Source: a virus | Lineage: Duplodnaviria; Caudoviricetes | Reading direction: 5' to 3' (one strand) | Length of the DNA: 44,481 nt | IMG/VR virus record: IMGVR_UViG_3300037780_000052 | Coordinates: 1 to 44,481 of that record | Shown: in pieces, positions 8,677 through 17,151 of the stretch | Layout: the number at the start of each line of letters is the position of its first letter | Position numbering within the stretch: the first letter of the stretch is position 1 | Made by a program: the position numbers and the translations under genes | The notes under the pieces: model-generated | The model's input: only the letters and a program-made list of their open reading frames with translations | What the model was told of the DNA's origin: nothing | Database searches by the model: none

Positions 8677-8707
8677 TTTAGGGGACTCTTTAAAAAAGCC
8701 CCCTAAA
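8677..8707 (-). terminator. Stem-loop between sheath and tube genes (terminator or mRNA-stabilising hairpin)
   Basis: TTTAGGGGGCTTTT-TTA-AAGAGTCCCCTAAA; long stem with G-U pairs but no U-tract on the coding strand. Confidence 0.55.
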
Positions 8708-8710
8708 TTA

Positions 8711-11700
8711 TTATCCTAATGAAGCAATTTCACCTGTGTTCTTAATTCTCAATGGAATGTAAATAAATTCGATTGCCTTAACTGGTTCAATCGCAAGATC
8801 AACCCATAGCTCATTTCTATCAATTCTAGCCGGTGTATTGTTTGATTCATCACAAACAACCAAGAAGTCATACAGACCTCTTAGACTTACCAGTTCTAGA
8901 CAGAATGCATCGGCTGCTGCTTTGACCTGATCTCTTGTGATTTTATCATTCGGTTCAAATAGGTATGGTTTTACCAATCTTTCTAATTGAACTCTCATAT
9001 ATACAATCAATCGAGCAACATTGATTCTATCAAGTGCGCTGGTATTTCTTGCACGAGTTTTTTGACCAAATACAACCAATCCTGAACCAGTTAGGAAAGT
9101 AATTGGGTTAATGCTGTTCGAGTACAATACATCTCGTTGACCGACATTTAGGGAAACTGGTACAAATTCACCTTCGCTGCTGATATAACCAGTACTGGTT
9201 GCATTGGTTACACCACCACGTCTTGTACCTGCAGGAGCAAACCAAGGAAATGCCACCTGATCGTTTAGGATGATTGTTCTCAATGCCATATGACTCGGCG
9301 GAACAACTACATTATTGCCTGCGTTGTCACTGGTGAATCCCCATGGATAATACATCCCTAGATATTCATTAAAGCTTACTGCGCCCTGATCATTGTCTTC
9401 TACAGCACGTCGAACATTGGTTGCCCATTCATTAAGTGATGTAGCATCCGGTGTTAGTCTTGCAGGAGTATCTCCGACAATGAATGCTGTTAGGCGACGG
9501 TCAAAATTCAGTGTTATCATTTCGTTAATCAATTCAGGATAACCTGGGCAAGCCATGACATTGAAGAATCTTGATTCTTCATCTCGGATATCTTGATTTG
9601 AATTAACCATAGCCTGTAGAGCTTGCACAACACTTTTACGCTGTGCTTGGCGCCCAAAGGTACCTGATCCGTCTTGATTATTACCACTGTCAGTTACCCA
9701 ACGGTGTGGATAATAATTTTCCATTGCCTGATCTTCACCTTGTAAACTGTAGAAATCATTACCATTTTCTGTTTCTACTGTGAATCTAACATTGTCTTGT
9801 GCAGTATTGATGTAGTTAAGTTCAAAACGTTTTACATTAAAACCACTGCGACGTAGATTCCAAAGCAGCATGCCTCTTGGATATAGGTTTGGATCTGGTG
9901 CATCTGGATCTTTGTAATTACTTGTTAACAGTACGTCAATATCAGCTGCTTCAGAATTAGATCCTGCATCACTCCAACGCACATCACTGAAAACAATACC
10001 GTTTTCAGTTGTTTGATCTGTTTTATCTACCTGTATCCAATCCGCTAGTGTTGCATTATAACGATAGATAGTTGGAAAGTTTTCTATATCACTGGTATCA
10101 ACCCAAATATCATTGTCAACAAGTGGTGTTCCGTCTAATTGGGTTGTCGGTGCACTTCCGCCTACACTCGGACCTGCTGGATCTGTATCCGGGAACGCAG
10201 TGCTGTCTCTGTAACCTACCCAGTCATCACCGTTGTGATATAGAATATCAACTTCGTCGATTACACTGTTGTACCATAATTCACCGTCTTGTGGTAAATC
10301 TAAAGGTTCATCATTGCTTGCAACGTAAGTCAACACTCTCCAATTGCTAGCGGTATATGCCGCAGGTACAGTGGTATTGTCTGTGCCGGCTGTGTAATAT
10401 AGATTGCTAGTAGTTGAAGAATCTGTTGGATCAAAAGGAACAAATCCCATTTCAGTGAGTGTTCCGTCAGTGTCAATTATTCTAATTTCACCGCCGGTTC
10501 TGTGACTTATTTCAACTCTGTTTTGTGCATTTACTTGAGCCCTAATGTTAACAAATCCTGCACCATTGATTGCTGCCGCCAACGCTTGTGCATCTGTTGA
10601 TGCACCTGTAGTTGTAAAGCTGATTGTTTTTGGATTGGCAAAAGTTGAATTGTTAACTAATGTTTCTTGCATAGTAAATTCATTGTTACTTGATCCCAAT
10701 TCCAGCGTACCTGAAACAATTTTTTTACTTACAACAGTTGTTGCACCATTTGCAACACGACGGTAAATTTTATAATTTGCAATCTTAGGATCAGATTCAT
10801 CTACGTTTGCTTTTACATAAAGATCCCCAATCTGTAGATTTGCTCCGCCGCCGGATCTATCTAAGTTAAAAATTGCTTCTGCATTTGTTTCATAGATAGG
10901 AGAAGAAATTCTTTCCCATAGTTGTGTTTCTTCATTCCAACGTTTTACACTAAAGTTTGCGCCGCCATTTGGTGTTGTTGTTTTTAGCCATAATGATCCA
11001 GTTGGATACGCACTAGCACCAGTAACTGGACTGATAGTCAGCGAATCGGTATCTAGAATTTCGTCTGTGACTTTGAAACGAGGAACAACAGTATGAGGAT
11101 CTATATTTAATCTAGGTGCAGCATAACGTGTACCTCCGTCAGTTAGGCCATCGCCTGCTTCAGTAGCAGTAATTCCTATGTCTGAAAGTAAACTGCCGGT
11201 ACCGCTGCGAATATCAAGAAGCCCATCTGCAGTCACACCATCTGAAGCTGACTGGCTGTTTACATAAATTTCAATCGATCCGTCAACTGCCTCGGCACTT
11301 ACACCTGGTATAGACAAAGCATTGATATTGCTAGCTAGATCTGCAATTGTCGTACCGGATAGAACTACAGTTTGATCATTTACAATAATAGTATTACCTG
11401 TAGTTAATTCTGGATTTGATGCACTTCCTCTCACAGTCGGCCAACTCCACTGCCATTCGTCAGAACCAACCTCGACCCAGTTACCACTGGTGTTTTTATA
11501 CCAAACACGGTTCATAGTAGTTGTTGCATCTACAGCGTAGTCGCCTACTCCACCTATTGAAAGCAGAGGACCGCTAGTAGCTTCGTCAATATCTGATGTT
11601 TCTGTTATACTGATAGGTTCAATAATAGTAAAACTTTGACCACCTTCGGTTGTTACTGGGGCTGCATTCCACTCTAACAAACCAAAATCAGTTACCTGTG

Positions 11701-12115
11701 TATCAAACCAGTATGTTCCATCTGCAGGAGCACCTCCTGGAGGGAAAGCACTAGGTGCAAGTTTTGCAACATCAAGATCTGCTCTTGCTACAAAAACTCT
11801 ATTTGTAACACCGAGTAGCGAATAAGCAGTTTGCAAACCGTACTCGTTTAATTCTGAGCCATGAATTGGATTGTTGTTGTTGTCAGTATAAAATGTAGGA
11901 TCACCAAACAGTTCTCCTAATTCTCTTTGACTGGTTATTAGGTATGGTCTACCTGCGTTTGCTTTAAGCGTTCCTTCTGCAACGCCAGTTCCGCCAGCGT
12001 TTGTTTTGTTCTCAGCAGAAGCAACGAATATCATTGGAACGGTGCCTGCAGCGGCAGGTGTGTAAAAACTTTCGTCAATTACATTTACCTCAACACCCGG
12101 TGATATTAATGCCAT
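8711..12115 (-). CDS. gp18: Contractile tail sheath protein (T4 gp18-like) with large internal insertion domains (1134 aa)
   Basis: N-terminal LISPGVEVNVIDES; C-terminal YYPW, VPPS, PWFAPAGTRRG, NSINPI, GQKT, ALDRINVARL, FEPND, VCDESNNTPARIDRNEL, IEPVKAIEFIYI. Confidence 0.97.
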   Translation of the reverse strand: MALISPGVEVNVIDESFYTPAAAGTVPMIFVASAENKTNAGGTGVAEGTLKANAGRPYLITSQRELGELFGDPTFYTDNNNNPIHGSELNEYGLQTAYSLLGVTNRVFVARADLDVAKLAPSAFPPGGAPADGTYWFDTQVTDFGLLEWNAAPVTTEGGQSFTIIEPISITETSDIDEATSGPLLSIGGVGDYAVDATTTMNRVWYKNTSGNWVEVGSDEWQWSWPTVRGSASNPELTTGNTIIVNDQTVVLSGTTIADLASNINALSIPGVSAEAVDGSIEIYVNSQSASDGVTADGLLDIRSGTGSLLSDIGITATEAGDGLTDGGTRYAAPRLNIDPHTVVPRFKVTDEILDTDSLTISPVTGASAYPTGSLWLKTTTPNGGANFSVKRWNEETQLWERISSPIYETNAEAIFNLDRSGGGANLQIGDLYVKANVDESDPKIANYKIYRRVANGATTVVSKKIVSGTLELGSSNNEFTMQETLVNNSTFANPKTISFTTTGASTDAQALAAAINGAGFVNIRAQVNAQNRVEISHRTGGEIRIIDTDGTLTEMGFVPFDPTDSSTTSNLYYTAGTDNTTVPAAYTASNWRVLTYVASNDEPLDLPQDGELWYNSVIDEVDILYHNGDDWVGYRDSTAFPDTDPAGPSVGGSAPTTQLDGTPLVDNDIWVDTSDIENFPTIYRYNATLADWIQVDKTDQTTENGIVFSDVRWSDAGSNSEAADIDVLLTSNYKDPDAPDPNLYPRGMLLWNLRRSGFNVKRFELNYINTAQDNVRFTVETENGNDFYSLQGEDQAMENYYPHRWVTDSGNNQDGSGTFGRQAQRKSVVQALQAMVNSNQDIRDEESRFFNVMACPGYPELINEMITLNFDRRLTAFIVGDTPARLTPDATSLNEWATNVRRAVEDNDQGAVSFNEYLGMYYPWGFTSDNAGNNVVVPPSHMALRTIILNDQVAFPWFAPAGTRRGGVTNATSTGYISSEGEFVPVSLNVGQRDVLYSNSINPITFLTGSGLVVFGQKTRARNTSALDRINVARLIVYMRVQLERLVKPYLFEPNDKITRDQVKAAADAFCLELVSLRGLYDFLVVCDESNNTPARIDRNELWVDLAIEPVKAIEFIYIPLRIKNTGEIASLG

Positions 12116-12148
12116 TAGATTCTCCTTGTGAGTTGTATTTCTTAATAG

Positions 12149-12155
12149 TATTTAG
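12149..12155 (-). promoter_or_regulatory. Variant late promoter CTAAATA for the sheath gene
   Basis: aCTAAATActatt upstream of the AAGGAGA RBS of the sheath gene. Confidence 0.5.
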
Positions 12156-12233
12156 TTAAATGTCGAGAAAATAATTGATTTACTGCCCAAAAAAGAGACA
12201 GAAATACAAATACAAAGAAACAAGAAAAATCTT

Positions 12234-12752
12234 TTATCTAATGAGTGTACGAGAAGAATCGATGTAATTCATAAGCTGATCGACATTGAATCGCAATTCT
12301 TCTAAATTACTGTTGTTGTCGATAGTAAAGTCAGCCATCCATTGTTCAAGACTCATAGATGTTTTTGGTTCCGATGGCAAATGATTGCTTCGATCTACCC
12401 AAATAGCATAATCGAATACTCCGGTGTTTCGCATGGCATGATATTCACGCTTGTTTCTCAAACCGCAGTAAATATCGTGCGCAGCAAATATTTTTCTTCC
12501 CAAGAGCCCGGCGTCAGGGACATTGTACGCACAGATAGCATCATACCATTCTTGACGATGATTGTGTCTGTCAGCATAACATTCTTCTTCACAGGTGTAG
12601 CCGTATTTGTTTTTGAGTTGATCGTAGATGAACAATCGACTGCAAAAACGGCTGCTGCTTTCAAAACTATATCCGTAGTGGTCTCTCAGTATTTCACATA
12701 CTGTGTCTTTACCATGGCGACCATGACCAATTACCAATAACTTTAATTTCAT
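12234..12752 (-). CDS. Deoxynucleoside monophosphate kinase-like P-loop protein (T4 gp1-like)
   Basis: N-terminal LLVIGHGRHGKDTVCEIL P-loop, GLRNKRE, IWVDR, ADFTIDNNSNLEEL. Confidence 0.75.
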   Translation of the reverse strand: MKLKLLVIGHGRHGKDTVCEILRDHYGYSFESSSRFCSRLFIYDQLKNKYGYTCEEECYADRHNHRQEWYDAICAYNVPDAGLLGRKIFAAHDIYCGLRNKREYHAMRNTGVFDYAIWVDRSNHLPSEPKTSMSLEQWMADFTIDNNSNLEELRFNVDQLMNYIDSSRTLIR

Positions 12753-12758
12753 AAATTT

Positions 12759-12787
12759 ATATTATGATAAAATTACAAGTCTGTCAA
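12759..12787 (-). promoter_or_regulatory. Sigma70-type promoter for the dNMP kinase gene
   Basis: TTGACA (12787-12782), 17-nt spacer, TAATAT (12764-12759), then 6 nt to the ATG. Confidence 0.7.
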
Positions 12788-12794
12788 CAGTAAA

Positions 12795-13553
12795 TCAGCC
12801 TATCAAGAATCCATAACCGGTCCCGCCGGGCACTGCTTCTTGTACATCTTTTTCTAGTTTTTCCATATCGGCTTGTGCTTCTGCTTTTAGGGCATCACCA
12901 TTAAGTGTTGATCCTCCCTGTGGACCGGCAATTGTAGCAAATTTACTGCGGGCTTCTCCTAGCATGTATTTACAAGCCGCCAAAGTATAATCCTTGATCC
13001 ACTCTCTTGCTAGATAATCTTGCAATAGTTGACTGTCAGGACGATAATTGTAAACATACAAAAGTACTTCTTCGTTTGCTCTAGGACGCTGTAAAATGGT
13101 AAGTTTTTTAGTTGTTGAGTTCCATTTGAATTCAATAAAGCTTCCGAACATGCGACCTACCAATTCTTGATATCCTGCAAACATTTCGTAAGTTGCCAAC
13201 CCTCCCATGTTTGAACTACTTAGTAAATAAGTGTTAGTGTAAGCTAAATTAAACGGTTCAAAGACAGTTCCGCCATCGCCGCCGCCAGTTCTTGAACCAA
13301 TGGTTCTGCGAAAAATTTTACGAACTTCAATTACTTCTTTTGGTAGAAAATATTCATTTTGATCAATCTCTAGAGGTAAAAACAAATAACTTTCTTCTAC
13401 ACTGTTATCCGAACGTTGTCTAAATTTACCCAATGCTTTTGTTAGTGCAGTTTCATAATGGATAGGATCTAATTCAACGTCTACCATTCCGCCGCCTAGC
13501 ATTGTGCTAACATAATCGAATATTTCTTGCTTTTGAGTTGCTAAATCTACCAT
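12795..13553 (-). CDS. gp13: Neck protein (T4 gp13-like head-tail adaptor)
   Basis: LGGGMVDVELD, WIKDYTLAACKYMLGEARSKFATIAGPQGGSTLNGDALK, C-terminal FLIG. Confidence 0.9.
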   Translation of the reverse strand: MVDLATQKQEIFDYVSTMLGGGMVDVELDPIHYETALTKALGKFRQRSDNSVEESYLFLPLEIDQNEYFLPKEVIEVRKIFRRTIGSRTGGGDGGTVFEPFNLAYTNTYLLSSSNMGGLATYEMFAGYQELVGRMFGSFIEFKWNSTTKKLTILQRPRANEEVLLYVYNYRPDSQLLQDYLAREWIKDYTLAACKYMLGEARSKFATIAGPQGGSTLNGDALKAEAQADMEKLEKDVQEAVPGGTGYGFLIG

Positions 13554-13570
13554 ATGTGCTCTCCGTATAG

Positions 13571-13592
13571 TATTTATTCTCGTCGATAAATA
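13571..13592. promoter_or_regulatory. Back-to-back divergent late promoters
   Basis: TATTTAT at 13571-13577 (ATAAATA on minus, towards gp13) and ATAAATA at 13586-13592 (plus, towards gp14), 8 nt apart. Confidence 0.75.
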
Positions 13593-13616
13593 TGTATAAT
13601 TACAAGGAGAATAGAG

Positions 13617-14777
13617 ATCCCTCGCTTAAGTTTATATAAACCAGATCGTGGTAATGACTATGAATTTCTTGATCGTCAGATTGAAGAAATGTTTACCATC
13701 GGCGGTACAGATATTAATATTCACAAATACCTAGGAGTTGAGGGTGCAGCAGAAGGTCAAGGAACTGCTGATCAGCCTAGCTATGATTCTGTATCGGAAA
13801 CTAATATTCAAGATTTACTGTTTTTAGAAAACAGAGACAGAAAATATGATCCCGATGTTTATACTCATAGAGGCATATACAATGTTCAAGATATAGATTT
13901 TGATCTAAGTCAGTTCGGTTTGTTTTTGAGTAATGATATACTATTTTTAACTGTTCACATTAGAAGTATTGTAAAAACATTAGGGCGTAAACCTATATCA
14001 GGTGATGTAATTGAATTACCGCACTTGAAAGATGAATATGCTGTCAACGACTACAGTTTTGCACTCAAACGGTTCTATGTTATAGAAGATGTTAATCGAG
14101 CAGCAGAAGGATTTACGCAAACTTGGTATCCTCACTTGTATAGATTAAAATTAAAACAAATCTACGATGGTCAAGAATATGCAGAAATACTGGATTTACC
14201 CGCAGGTGAAGATACTGATACCACGCTAAGAGATATTTTCAGCACCTATGAACGTGAAATGCAGATCAACAATGCAGTAGTATCACAAGCAGAAGCTGAC
14301 AGTCCTAGAAGTGGATTCAATACCAAACACTATTACACAGTAGCACAGAACGAAGATGGAACCACTGCATTAAGAACTGTAGACGAACCTATCGATGCCA
14401 GTACATCTAGTCTCACTGCTGACGCACAATTTGATACTCCGGGCAGAGAAGCCTATAGAGGGTATTTAATGAATTACGGAGACGGTGATCCGCCAAATGG
14501 TGCCCCGTATGGTTTTGGTATAAGCTTTCCAGCCAATTCTTACAAAGGTGATTATTTTTTACGTACAGATTTTATGCCAAACAGACTATTTAGATATGAC
14601 GGAACTAGATGGATCAAGGTAGAAGATAATTTACGCATGGATCTATCAAATTCCGACGCAAGAAATACCCATCGTACTAGCTTTACAAATAATACAAATA
14701 CAAACACCATAAGTGGCGAAGTTGTTCCGGAACGACAAGCACTTTCTAAAATACTTAAACCAAAGGCAGATAATTAA
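13617..14777 (+). CDS. gp14: Neck / head closure protein (T4 gp14-like); probable ATC start 24 codons upstream of the ORF-track start (13689)
   Basis: IQDLLFLENRDRKY, DLSQFGLF, LGRKPISGDVIELPHL, FYVIEDV, WYPHL. AAGGAGA at 13604-13610 sits 6 nt before an in-frame ATC CCT CGC TTA AGT TTA TAT. Confidence 0.8.
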   Translation: MPRLSLYKPDRGNDYEFLDRQIEEMFTIGGTDINIHKYLGVEGAAEGQGTADQPSYDSVSETNIQDLLFLENRDRKYDPDVYTHRGIYNVQDIDFDLSQFGLFLSNDILFLTVHIRSIVKTLGRKPISGDVIELPHLKDEYAVNDYSFALKRFYVIEDVNRAAEGFTQTWYPHLYRLKLKQIYDGQEYAEILDLPAGEDTDTTLRDIFSTYEREMQINNAVVSQAEADSPRSGFNTKHYYTVAQNEDGTTALRTVDEPIDASTSSLTADAQFDTPGREAYRGYLMNYGDGDPPNGAPYGFGISFPANSYKGDYFLRTDFMPNRLFRYDGTRWIKVEDNLRMDLSNSDARNTHRTSFTNNTNTNTISGEVVPERQALSKILKPKADN

Positions 14778-16324
14778 TGGAATTTTTTTACGACGGTCAA
14801 ATAAGAAGATACATTACTCAACTTATGAGATTGATGAGTAACTTTCCTGTTCAAGACGGCAAAGGTAATACCAAACCTGTTCCAGTGATGTACGGTGATT
14901 TAACACGACAAGTTGCAAATATCATTCGCGAAAATTCTGAAAATAAATTGCCCAGTGCTCCGAGAATGAGTGTATATGTAACTAATCTAGAACAGGATCG
15001 TACTAGAACATCGGATAGTACTTTTGTAAGCAAATTAAATATACGCGAAAGGGCATTCAACCAAGAAACCGGTGAGTATGATAACTATCAAGGTCGTAAT
15101 TATACTGTAGAGCGCTTGATGCCTACTCCATATACACTTACAGCCAATGTAGATATTTGGACTACCAATACTGATCAAAAACTTCAAATAATGGAGCAGA
15201 TATTGGTTTGGTTTAATCCTAGTTTAGAAATACAAACCACAGACAACTTTGTTGACTGGACCAGTTTGAGTGTAGTTAATCTAGAAAGCATTACATGGTC
15301 AAATCGCAGTATACCTGTGGGGGTAGATTCAGAAATTGAGATAGCTACGCTTACTTTTAGTATGCCCATCTATATCAGTGCTCCGGCAAAGGTAAAACGA
15401 ATGGGCGTCATTACAAACATTTTAACCAGCATGTTTGCTGAAGAAACTGGAACAATAGAAAGCGGTGTAATAGGCGGTAACAATTCAGTTTACGATGATG
15501 CTTATGTTGCAGGACCTGTCTCTGATGTATCAGACGTATTTACAGGAGGGCCATTTATACCCGGTGCTCCTGGTTTTGGCAGTGTAGGTGGTGCTCGACC
15601 AGGTGCAGGTGATGGATCAGATGGTGATAGAGTCCGAGTTCAACCTATTATACCGTTCGAGTCTGTAGTAAATCTCACCGTTCAAACTCTCACTGTAAAC
15701 TATGACGAATACTCCATGTATTTAGAAAACAATATAGGAACCATAGTAAACAACAGAGGAAGATTTGAAAACATAAATTGGTATAGTGTCATTGATGCTC
15801 TTCCTGGCCAATATCAACCAGGAATCAGTAGAATTTATGTTTCAAACAGAAACGATGGAAATTTCAGTGCAGGGACATTTAGTATTAATCCACTTGACGA
15901 AAGAGAAATTGTCATAGACTGGGATACTGACAGTTTTCCTGATGATACGCCTATCGAAGGACCTGCAGGCACAAGAACCACAATAGATTATATTATTGAC
16001 CCGATACAACGAAATCCTACATCATTGAAAACGCCAGGAGTAAGAATTTTACTATTGCACGACATCGGAGCAGAAATAAACATAGATGGTGCCGATGCAT
16101 GGAAAAGCACCAGTGGTGAAGATTTGATTGCCCAAGAGAATGATATAATTGAATGGGACGGCAACGAGTGGAACGTAGTATTTGATGCTGATCAAGCCGA
16201 AGACACTGTTTATATCACTAATTTGAAAACAGGCATCCAGTATAAGTTTGAAAATGGTGCATGGATCAATTCAATCGATGGCGAATATCCAATAGGAACT
16301 TGGGGGATGAACCTAGAAGGATAA
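14777..16324 (+). CDS. gp15: Tail sheath stabiliser / tail terminator (T4 gp15-like) with C-terminal extension
   Basis: FFYDGQIRRY, VPVMYG, PRMS, MPTPY, QKLQIMEQILVWFNP, ATLTFSMPIYIS; TAATG coupling to gp14. Confidence 0.88.
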   Translation: MEFFYDGQIRRYITQLMRLMSNFPVQDGKGNTKPVPVMYGDLTRQVANIIRENSENKLPSAPRMSVYVTNLEQDRTRTSDSTFVSKLNIRERAFNQETGEYDNYQGRNYTVERLMPTPYTLTANVDIWTTNTDQKLQIMEQILVWFNPSLEIQTTDNFVDWTSLSVVNLESITWSNRSIPVGVDSEIEIATLTFSMPIYISAPAKVKRMGVITNILTSMFAEETGTIESGVIGGNNSVYDDAYVAGPVSDVSDVFTGGPFIPGAPGFGSVGGARPGAGDGSDGDRVRVQPIIPFESVVNLTVQTLTVNYDEYSMYLENNIGTIVNNRGRFENINWYSVIDALPGQYQPGISRIYVSNRNDGNFSAGTFSINPLDEREIVIDWDTDSFPDDTPIEGPAGTRTTIDYIIDPIQRNPTSLKTPGVRILLLHDIGAEINIDGADAWKSTSGEDLIAQENDIIEWDGNEWNVVFDADQAEDTVYITNLKTGIQYKFENGAWINSIDGEYPIGTWGMNLEG

Positions 16325-16332
16325 TTATTGTT

Positions 16333-16776
16333 ATGAACAATATTGTCTGTAGTGGTGCTCTGTTTTACACACTAGATACCAAAAGATTTCTTTTTCTTTA
16401 TCGAAAAAGCAGCAAACGCAATAACCAATGGGGCATTGTTGGCGGAACTAACGAGTCTTACGAATCGCCATGGGAAGGACTTCGTAGAGAAATAGAAGAA
16501 GAAATTGGTGTGTGTCCTGACATTATAAAAACTATTCCACTAGAAACATTTATAAGTTCGGATCAACATTTTCAATTTCATACCTATCTCTGCGTAATCG
16601 AAAAAGAATTTATCCCTGTTCTTAATTCAGAACATGACGGATATGCTTGGGTAGGATTTGACAATTGGCCAAAGCCATTACATCAAGGTTTAAGAAATAC
16701 ACTTTCGAGTAAAATAAACCGAGTTAAATTAGAAACTGTGTTTAATATGATCGACTTGTTAAAGGAAACAATATGA
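16333..16776 (+). CDS. NUDIX hydrolase; start revised to 16333
   Basis: Complete Nudix box GTNESYESPWEGLRREIEEEIGV (GX5EX7REUXEEXGU) and LNSEHDGYAW. ATG 16333 avoids a 64-nt overlap with gp15. Confidence 0.9.
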   Translation: MNNIVCSGALFYTLDTKRFLFLYRKSSKRNNQWGIVGGTNESYESPWEGLRREIEEEIGVCPDIIKTIPLETFISSDQHFQFHTYLCVIEKEFIPVLNSEHDGYAWVGFDNWPKPLHQGLRNTLSSKINRVKLETVFNMIDLLKETI

Positions 16777-17132
16777 AATCTTCAGGAGTTACAAAAACAA
16801 ATTACGGTTATGAACTGTTGTGGGCATCTGATGAAACTTATTCAGGAAAGATTCTTACTTTTGAAAAAGCAGGTACATGTACCGATATGATTTTTCATAA
16901 AGAAAAAAGAAAAAGCATTTTTGTAAATAACGGTCAAATAAAACTGAGATGGATTGATACTAAAACAGGAGAATTAAAAGAAGCAATTCTAAACGAAGGC
17001 CAAACAATAAATATTGTCGAATTGCAACCACATCAATTTGAAGCTATAACAGATAATTCTAGTCTTACAGAAGTGGGATCTTCGGAATTAGAAAATGATA
17101 TATTCATCGTAAGTACCGGTTCTATAAAATAA
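16773..17132 (+). CDS. Cupin-fold protein (mannose-6-phosphate isomerase-like), metal site apparently degenerate
   Basis: YGYELLWA...YSGKIL...MIFHKEKRKSIFVNNG...LNEGQTINI...PHQFEA...LTEVGS; ATGA overlap with the NUDIX gene. Confidence 0.75.
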   Translation: MKSSGVTKTNYGYELLWASDETYSGKILTFEKAGTCTDMIFHKEKRKSIFVNNGQIKLRWIDTKTGELKEAILNEGQTINIVELQPHQFEAITDNSSLTEVGSSELENDIFIVSTGSIK

Positions 17133-17151
17133 TATAGAAAATCTATCAAAA

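Noticed and set aside
12185-12232. A-rich quasi-repeat gaaatacaaatacaaagaaacaagaaaa as a repeat array or origin
   Set aside because: Too short and irregular; best treated as low-complexity intergenic sequence.
13592-13639. 15-codon ORF starting ATG TAT AAT upstream of gp14, as a leader peptide or frameshift entry
   Set aside because: Its ATG overlaps the last base of the promoter motif and lies upstream of the SD, so it is unlikely to be in the transcript.
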